DNA of 41,033 nt from Chiloscyllium plagiosum (taxonomy: Eukaryota): the NCBI RefSeq assembly GCF_004010195.1, contig NC_057718.1:96053609-96094641 (forward strand), in the 5' to 3' direction. Below are positions 34,807 to 41,033 of the stretch, piece after piece. Both the position numbers and the translations under genes were made by a program. Under the pieces are notes generated by a model. The model searched no databases. It was given only the letters and a program-made list of their open reading frames with translations, and was not told the origin of the DNA. Position 1 is the first letter of the stretch. Each line of letters starts with the position of its first letter.

Positions 34807-35306
34807 NNNNNNNNNNNNNNNNNNNNNNNNNNNNNNNNNNNNNNNNNNNNNNNNNNNNNNNNNNNNNNNNNNNNNNNNNNNNNNNNNNNNNNNNNNNNNN
34901 NNNNNNNNNNNNNNNNNNNNNNNNNNNNNNNNNNNNNNNNNNNNNNNNNNNNNNNNNNNNNNNNNNNNNNNNNNNNNNNNNNNNNNNNNNNNNNNNNNNN
35001 NNNNNNNNNNNNNNNNNNNNNNNNNNNNNNNNNNNNNNNNNNNNNNNNNNNNNNNNNNNNNNNNNNNNNNNNNNNNNNNNNNNNNNNNNNNNNNNNNNNN
35101 NNNNNNNNNNNNNNNNNNNNNNNNNNNNNNNNNNNNNNNNNNNNNNNNNNNNNNNNNNNNNNNNNNNNNNNNNNNNNNNNNNNNNNNNNNNNNNNNNNNN
35201 NNNNNNNNNNNNNNNNNNNNNNNNNNNNNNNNNNNNNNNNNNNNNNNNNNNNNNNNNNNNNNNNNNNNNNNNNNNNNNNNNNNNNNNNNNNNNNNNNNNN
35301 NNNNNN
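34807..35306. other. Assembly gap (500 N)
   Basis: Run of exactly 500 N. Confidence 1.
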
Positions 35307-36734
35307 GCATGTTCTTTTCTACAAATTAAAGTAAATGTTCACGTGCTCCTGTGTTTAAACTGGCTTTTCAATGGAGCAGAAACAAGTTTAAAAATTAAAT
35401 ACATAACGAGAGCAGGTTTTAGACCTCTGAATGACCTCTGCTTTTGAAAAGTCAGGGATAACGCTGCCTTTGATAACTGCTGAACGTATGGTTCCGTTCT
35501 TGGGATTTACCTGGCTCCGTGTCACGTTTGAAATGGAGTTTGCTTGATCCCCGAGACAAATTTTGAAACATTTAAAAAAAAAAGCCAACGGTGTGAATTG
35601 GCTGTGTTTTCATTTGCGGGACCTGCATCATTAGCAATGAATAAAGTCAACTATGTGCCAAGACAAATCCTCAATGCATACACGCGCTTTGCCCCTTTCG
35701 TTATCGTTTCTTCGTGCCTGTGCGTAAATGTGGCACAATCCCAGTATTGAGCCGCACAGTTCCCGACTAATTGTTAGTTGGCATGGTTTTACTGCATGGA
35801 AGGCAGTGGTGAGAGGTTGCCCTCTTAATGAACAGTGTGCTTTTGTCAATTAGTTATGGATTGCCTCACTTCTACCCCTCTTGGCATCGCCTTAAAAGTA
35901 GAAAGTGAGAGCACGTCTGCCAAAGTAGTTGTTTGATATCCCATCACTTTTCTTTGTTGATATAGAAACATGAAAGAAGACTTGGGCTAATCTTTATAGG
36001 CAATGGATTCTTTGTCAATAAGCTGAGAATGCAGCCACTTCAAAAAAAAGAAATCTTTTAACGCAGCTGCATAATAAATTTAATGAAGCAATCCTCCCAC
36101 AGAAACATTTGCAGCAAAAAACACACAGTTCCTAATCCTGGCCCAACGTTTTCTTGAAGAGAATCTCGGCGACAGTCTTAACAAACAAGGTCAATCAGGT
36201 CAAACTGGGAGCAATGCAGAAACCGTATACATTTGGGACTTCTTTCTCCCTTGAGACTGGAACACTTGGTTTTGTTCACTTTGGGGAGTATGCAGCACTC
36301 AGTTGCACGACATTTTTTTTAAGAATTCTATCTCAGGTAAAAATAAAAGGGACAATGTTCCGACTGCAACGTTTCCCTTTAAAGGGTTAGCTGTTTGATG
36401 TGGGTACTTTGATGTGTTTTTGGTACTACGTTTCTCTTGCCACTGACTCAGAGGTAGGTTGGTTCAGCTTTATTTTAATCAGATTTTTTGGGGTTTTTTT
36501 AATTGCTTCAATGATATGATGGCTTACATAATCGCTGCAGCTCCTGGCTTGGAAATTCGGAAATGAAAATAAAAGATCAAAGCTACCGCACTAAAGGACT
36601 CAGCGTTTGACTTTTGGACTATCCATTCACTACCCTGTGCCATTTACTGTTCATGCAATGGCAGCAGATCTCTCCTTTTCCCAGCTCAGCCACTTGCTTT
36701 TAATGAGCCATGTGTGTCACCGACAACCCACCAT

Positions 36735-36850
36735 TTGCTGCCTGACCCTAATTTCCTTTGAACTGAGTAGCTTGCTGGGCCATTTCGGAGAGAGTCAACA
36801 ACATTCATGTGGGTCTGGAGTCACATATAGACCAGGTCAGGTAAGTGTGA
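36735..36850 (-). mobile_element. SINE fragment, family of 14505-14790
   Basis: ccctaatttcctttgaactgagtagcttgctgggccatttc...gggtctggagtcacatatagaccagg. Confidence 0.7.
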
Positions 36851-37159
36851 CGATACTACGATTTTCAGAGGCATACTTGGTCCTGGATTTTTTTTATGAT
36901 GAAAGTTTGGGACAGAGGTGTCAAGCAGTCTGCTCCAAAGCTAGCAATGTAAACAGCTTGCGAGGCCTTGGGTTTTCTTTTTAACTTGGAACAATAGAAG
37001 CAGCCTGAATGGATGGGGTCAAGCTCCCACAGAACCAGGACGTTTATCTTAGTTTTGGCTGTCTGCAGTTATTGAGATCTTGAAGGTGGCTGTGGAAGCT
37101 TTTATTCCTCTCTCTATTATGGCTAAAAGCACGGGTTCTCTCCCTGCTGCATCAGAATT

Positions 37160-37315
37160 CTGGAAGTCCCTCCTGAAGGGCATTGTGGGTCAACCCACAG
37201 CATATGGACTGCAGCAGTCCAAGAAGGCAGCTCACCCACCTTGTCAAGGGCAACTAGGGATGGGCAATAAATGCTGGTCCAGCCAGTGATGCCCAAATTC
37301 CATAAATGAATAAAT
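37160..37315 (+). mobile_element. LINE 3' end sharing its tail with that SINE family
   Basis: ctggaagtccctcc (WNSLP-like)...ggactgcagcagtccaagaaggcagctcacc...gggcaataaatgctggtccagccagtgatgccc. Confidence 0.75.
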
Positions 37316-37329
37316 CAATTTTTTTTTTT

Positions 37330-37452
37330 CCGAACCCTCTCCAGTTTAGTAATATCCTTCCTGTAACAGGGCAACCAGAACTGCACACAGTACTCCTGAA
37401 GTGGCCCCACCATTGTTTTATTCAACCTCAACATGACATCCCAACTCCTATA
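37330..37452 (-). mobile_element. CR1 internal fragment hosting a Penelope insertion (resumes 38117-38135)
   Basis: EYCVQFWLPCYRKDITKLERV in ORF 37315-37545(-). Confidence 0.85.
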
Positions 37453-38116
37453 GTTGAAAAATGTGGTGCTGGAAAAGCACAGCAGGCCAGGCAGCATCCT
37501 TGGAGGGTTCCTAGGCGGAAGATGAGGCGCTCTTCCTCCAGGCATCGTGTGGCCAGGGTCTGGAGATGGAGGAGTCCAAGGACCTGCACGTCCTTGGTGG
37601 AGTGGGAGGGTGAGTTAAAGTGTTCAGCCACGGGGCGTGGAGTGGGAGGGTGAGTTAAAGTGTCCAGCCACAGGGCGGTTGGGTTGGTTGGTGCGGGTGT
37701 CCCAGAGGTGTTTCCTGAAACATTCCGCAAGTAGGCAGCCTGTCTCCCCAATATAGAGGAGACCACATCGGATGCAACGGATGCAGTAAATGATGTGGGT
37801 GGAGGTGCAGGTGAATTTGCCCTCCCCCCACTTTATCTCAGTCCCAACCCTCGGATTCAGCACCGCCCTCTGGCCTATCACCCGACCTCTCCGCCCCCAC
37901 CCGCTCTCTGGCCTATCACCCTCACCTCCTTCCACCTAATGTATTCCCAGCGCCCCTCCCCCAAATTCCCTCCCTCCTACCTTTTATCTCAGCCCGCTTN
38001 GCCCGAAACTTCGATTCTCCTGCTCCTCGGATGCTGCCTGGCCTGCTGTGTTTTTCCAGCACCACATTTTTTTCAATTCTGGTACTCCAGCATCTGCAGT
38101 CCTCACTTTCTCCTAG
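37453..38116. mobile_element. Rearranged Penelope-like element with GIY-YIG remnant (-) and 3' terminus (+), 14-bp TSD
   Basis: HIIYCIRCIRCGLLYIGETG in ORF 37624-37935(-); TSD tcccaactcctata at 37439-37452 and 38117-38130; 40-bp tandem duplication at 37598-37677. Confidence 0.92.
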
Positions 38117-38610
38117 TCCCAACTCCTATACTCAAGCAGTTTCTACCAAATTATTCCCAATGGTTTGAGATCAGTTTGCACAGTGAATTGCTGACGAAAC
38201 AGTGAATGAATGGAATCTTGCAATACTCAATACTTGAGCAAATGTCTCACCCATTATGTTGGAAGAATTGGATTGTGCTTGTGGCAGACTTTCGGATCCA
38301 AATGTAATGAGTTTTCTATCTCACATAAGGCACGTTTCTAACCTTCTCTGAGTCACATCAACATCCAGAATTGTCTTCTTCCTTCTAACTTGCTTCTGCT
38401 GGACCCTGCAGGATAGTTGGTCAGGTGGTTTCACCCAGTCCTTGGCTCATTCGCACATCTGGCTCTTAAATCGATAATACTACAACACCATCTCATCGCT
38501 GTGTCGGCCTTGCCCCCTTTTTCCCCTTACCGGTTACAGACAGGGGTTGCTGTGTGCGTTTATGGCTGATTCATCTAATCCGAGGTGTCATGTGCAAAGT
38601 TAAATATTGG

Positions 38611-38812
38611 CAGAAGTGAAAATCTCAACAGGTCTGGCAGCATCAGTGAAGAGGAATCAGAGCTAACGTTTTGGGTCTAGTGACCCTTCCTCAGACCCGA
38701 AATGATAACTCTGATTTCTCTTCCCAGATGCTGCCAGACCTACTGAGCTTTTCCAGCAACTTCTGTTTTTGTTTCTGATTTAAAGCATCTGCAGTTCCTT
38801 CGGTTTTTATTT
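38611..38812. mobile_element. Palindromic mini-element of a second Penelope-type family with hammerhead-like centre
   Basis: aggtctggcagcatc...aatcagag inverted against ctctgatt...gatgctgccagacct; minus strand CTGAGGA-agggtcactagaccc-aAAA-c-GTT. Confidence 0.75.
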
Positions 38813-39538
38813 AATGTTGGCAAGTTGTTTCTTGGGGAATCATGGTTAGCTGTATGATCGGACTGCTAAAGACTTATCTGATCCCTCTGTGGGATTATTA
38901 AGCAGGACAGTCTAAACCCTGGGGATGAAAGCACTGGCTGAGGACAGGAAACAGCAGATGTTCAGTTACAGCAGTTGTGTCAGGAATGGGAGCAAGCATT
39001 AAGTCAGATTTATAGGCTTCAGAATGATGTTAACTACTGTTTCAAATCGATAATGCAATAGATTCCAAAGTGGCCAACATTTGCTGATAGTTGCAACTTG
39101 CACAGAGCATCAACATTGGAAAAGACAGCTCAGAAATTACTTTGGACTTGGGACAATCGCAGAAAACAGCAAAGCTGCATCAGATGAAGTTTGATACAGA
39201 AGAGTGTGGCATGTAGGAAGTGAAGACAGCTGACAGACAATGCATTAAAATAGATGTCAAGAAGTGGCCAGTCCTGGCAGATTCATATTAAACATAAGTT
39301 AAAGGCATTCAAGGGTTTACAGGGTGAAGGACAAAACATAAGGGTGTAGATCCAAGCAGAATGGCTCTTACAAATTGCCAGCACATGCAAAATGGAACGA
39401 ATGGCCTCTCCAATTCAATAATTTTAAAAGCATTCAACCAACGCAGAGCAGTGGTCTACAAAGCCAATGAGATTTTGAACGACACAACTAAGAGCAGAAT
39501 ATAAGCGAGGCAATGACAAAGCTTTATAACATAGTGAG

Positions 39539-39823
39539 TGTAATGAGGTCAGTCAAGTGGACCTCATAGGAGCTAACTGATTGGACCAGGTTAACAGCCC
39601 CAATCAGGGAGCCCTGGCTGACAAAGATAAACAGGACTGTTCACACCTGCGCACACACACAACATGGGTGCTGGGGAAAAAAAATAAGCATAACTGCAGT
39701 TAGGCGGTAGTGTGGGGGTAATAAAGAAAAACTGAAAAACAATAAACAGGAGTGTCAGACATCTTGTTCACTCTGAGAGCTGGCTCTGAGGGAGCTGGAT
39801 CAGTGTGCGTGCAGGGACTCTCC
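39539..39823 (+). mobile_element. Second LTR-like copy, carrying a ~100-bp insert and cut off by a Tx1 element
   Basis: Starts tgtaatgaggtcagtcaagtggacctc; aligns to 24362-24525 but lacks the 3' part with AATAAA. Confidence 0.75.
39641..39741 (+). mobile_element. Short LINE 3' tail (stem-loop, AATAAA, A-rich end) with TSD ataaacagga
   Basis: ataaacagga at 39627-39636 and 39742-39751; AATAAA at 39720; imperfect hairpin cataactgc-agttag-gcggtagtg; absent from the copy at 24362. Confidence 0.7.
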
Positions 39824-40059
39824 TCCTTGAAGATGTCAGAGGGGAAGGGGACTGTCCCTGAACCAGCTGCCCCACATCGAGAGAGCTCTAGGAAGGGAAG
39901 AAGAAGGAGGAAGAAGAAGAGGAAGCGGCAGAAGCAGAAGGAGGTGAGAGCTTTGAGTCCTGGGCCTACTTTTGGAGTTGCAGCCTGGGCCTCACTCAGG
40001 TAAAGGGAGTGTTGCTGCTGACCTGGGGCCCACTCCCACTGCTGGTCTCTGGGACCCCA

Positions 40060-40545
40060 CCCGGACCTGCCTCAGCTGTTACTGCTTGGGGCCTGCCTCA
40101 CTGCTGCTGCCTGGGACTCTCCTTGGGGCCCCTCCCAGGACCTCCACCACTGCCGCTGCTGTCAGAGGCCCACCTCCATCGCTGCTGCCTGGAACTCAAT
40201 TTTGGGGCTGCCTGGGACTTGCCTTGGGGACCCTCCCTAACAGGTCTGCCCCACTGCTGCGACCAAGGGCCTGCCTAGGACTTGCCTGAATCCTGCCTCC
40301 AACGCTGAGGCCTGCCTCCACCACCGCTGCCTGGGACTCACCTTAGGCCCCTCCCCACAACCTCCACCACTGCTGCGACCTGAGGCCCACCTCCACCGCT
40401 GCTGCCTGGGACTTGCCTTGGGGACCCCCCCCCAACAAACAGGCCTGCCCCCACCGCTGTGACCAAGGCCTACCTGGGACTCACTCTGGTGCTGCCTGGG
40501 ACTTACCTGATGCCTGCCTCCACTGCTGCTGCTGCCTGGGGACCC
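40060..40545 (+). repeat. Tandem repeats in the Tx1 5' UTR (short ctgcctgggact units arranged in two ~200-220-bp blocks)
   Basis: 40107-40326 and 40327-40520 share ctgcctgggactc..cctt..gcccctccc..acctccaccactg..gaggcccacctcca..gggacttgccttggggaccc..aacagg.ctgcccc..gaccaagg. Confidence 0.85.
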
Positions 40546-40583
40546 GATTGGACTCTTGTCAAGCCTGTGGAAGACAGCAAAGC

Positions 40584-41033
40584 ATGGCGAGCCCAAAGGT
40601 TGCGGGGCCCAGCCGCACCTACACCGGGGTAGCCGCTGCCTTAGGCTCGGCTGCTCCAAACCCGGCTGCAACCACGAACCCCTTCAGGCACCTAACTAAA
40701 TGCCTGGGGGTAAAGTCCTATCCCCACCCCAACATGACCATCGAGGCCTGCAGCAAGGCCATGGCTAGTGTGGTCGGCCCACTGGCCATCGTCGCTGCGG
40801 CCCGGATGTACGGGAAGGCCGTCTTCTTCCTGAAGACCGAGCAGGCGGTCCACCTGGCCGTGGAGAGGGGGCTCGCTGTGGGCGGGACACATTTGCCCGT
40901 CGACTCTCTGGAGGTTACGGCCCAGAGGGTCGTGATCTCCAATGTCCCGCCCTTCATTGCCAGCGAGCTCCTTCTCCCCCACCTCAACACCCTGGGGGAG
41001 ATCCGGTCGGGTGTCCAACCGCTCCTGCTCGGT
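40584..41033 (+). CDS. Tx1-type ORF1 protein, N-terminal 150 aa (incomplete at window end)
   Basis: My translation has no stops: MASPKVAGPSRTYTGVAAA...PFRHLTKCLGVKSYPHPNMTIEACSKAMASVVGPLAIVAAARMYGKAVFFLKTEQAVHLAVERGLAVGGTHLPVDSLEVTAQRVVISNVPPFIASELLLPHLNTLGEIRSGVQPLLLG; the A.RM...V.FL and V.ISNVPPFI motifs match Tx1 ORF1 as I recall it. Confidence 0.88.
   Translation, partial: MASPKVAGPSRTYTGVAAALGSAAPNPAATTNPFRHLTKCLGVKSYPHPNMTIEACSKAMASVVGPLAIVAAARMYGKAVFFLKTEQAVHLAVERGLAVGGTHLPVDSLEVTAQRVVISNVPPFIASELLLPHLNTLGEIRSGVQPLLLG

Larger units (their letters stand above)
39824..41033 (+). mobile_element. L1/Tx1-clade LINE, 5' portion (GC-rich repetitive 5' UTR plus ORF1)
   Basis: GC-rich UTR with repeated ctgcctgggact units followed by a Tx1-type ORF1; CpG-rich and open to the window end. 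Confidence 0.85.

Noticed and set aside
34648..35447. ORFs over 170 aa spanning N runs (also 29771-30052)
   Set aside because: Artefacts of translating assembly gaps.
38900..39530. Very old LINE-like remnant (acatttgctgat, cagatgaagtttgat)
   Set aside because: Probably a decayed CR1, but too degenerate to delimit or assign without a profile search.
39752..40003. ORF with a basic NLS-like run (RKGRRRRKKKRKRQKQK)
   Set aside because: GTG start inside the LTR-like repeat; the run comes from a purine-rich (GAA/GGA) tract in the Tx1 5' UTR and is separated from ORF1 by stops.
40237..41018. Minus-strand ORFs of 90-144 aa
   Set aside because: Antisense shadows of the GC-rich Tx1 UTR and ORF1.

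Overview
Eukaryotic, repeat-rich, apparently intergenic or intronic DNA from a cartilaginous fish. The species call is an inference from the many HE1-type tRNA-derived SINEs and their CR1/HER1-type partner LINEs; the shark repeat family names are recognised from memory, not by database search. No host protein-coding gene, rRNA, true tRNA gene or CRISPR array can be supported. Roughly half of the window is nested retroelement debris: CR1 LINE fragments of several ages, HE1 SINEs, a DeuSINE (SacSINE1/AmnSINE1-like), other tRNA SINEs, L2-like pieces, LTR-like repeats and at least seven Penelope-like element (PLE) insertions or remnants. The PLEs show RT (YIDD) and GIY-YIG remnants, target-site duplications and minimal hammerhead-ribozyme motifs. 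The window ends inside an uninterrupted ORF1 of an L1/Tx1-clade LINE (40584 to the end; absent from the ORF track because it runs off the edge). The most interesting signals are: (1) hammerhead motifs in PLE termini, including a tandem cluster and palindromic mini-elements that fold back at the ribozyme; (2) a Tx1 element plus a second LINE 3' tail both inside one copy of a ~220-bp LTR-like repeat whose other copy is empty, suggesting a target-specific family; (3) a 15-bp segment flipped between the two LTR-like copies; (4) a 99-bp, 97/99-identical inverted duplication spanning a transposon junction. Several TE-free, motif-rich blocks are candidate conserved non-coding elements. There are two assembly gaps (162 N and 500 N). 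Boundaries of old repeats are approximate.
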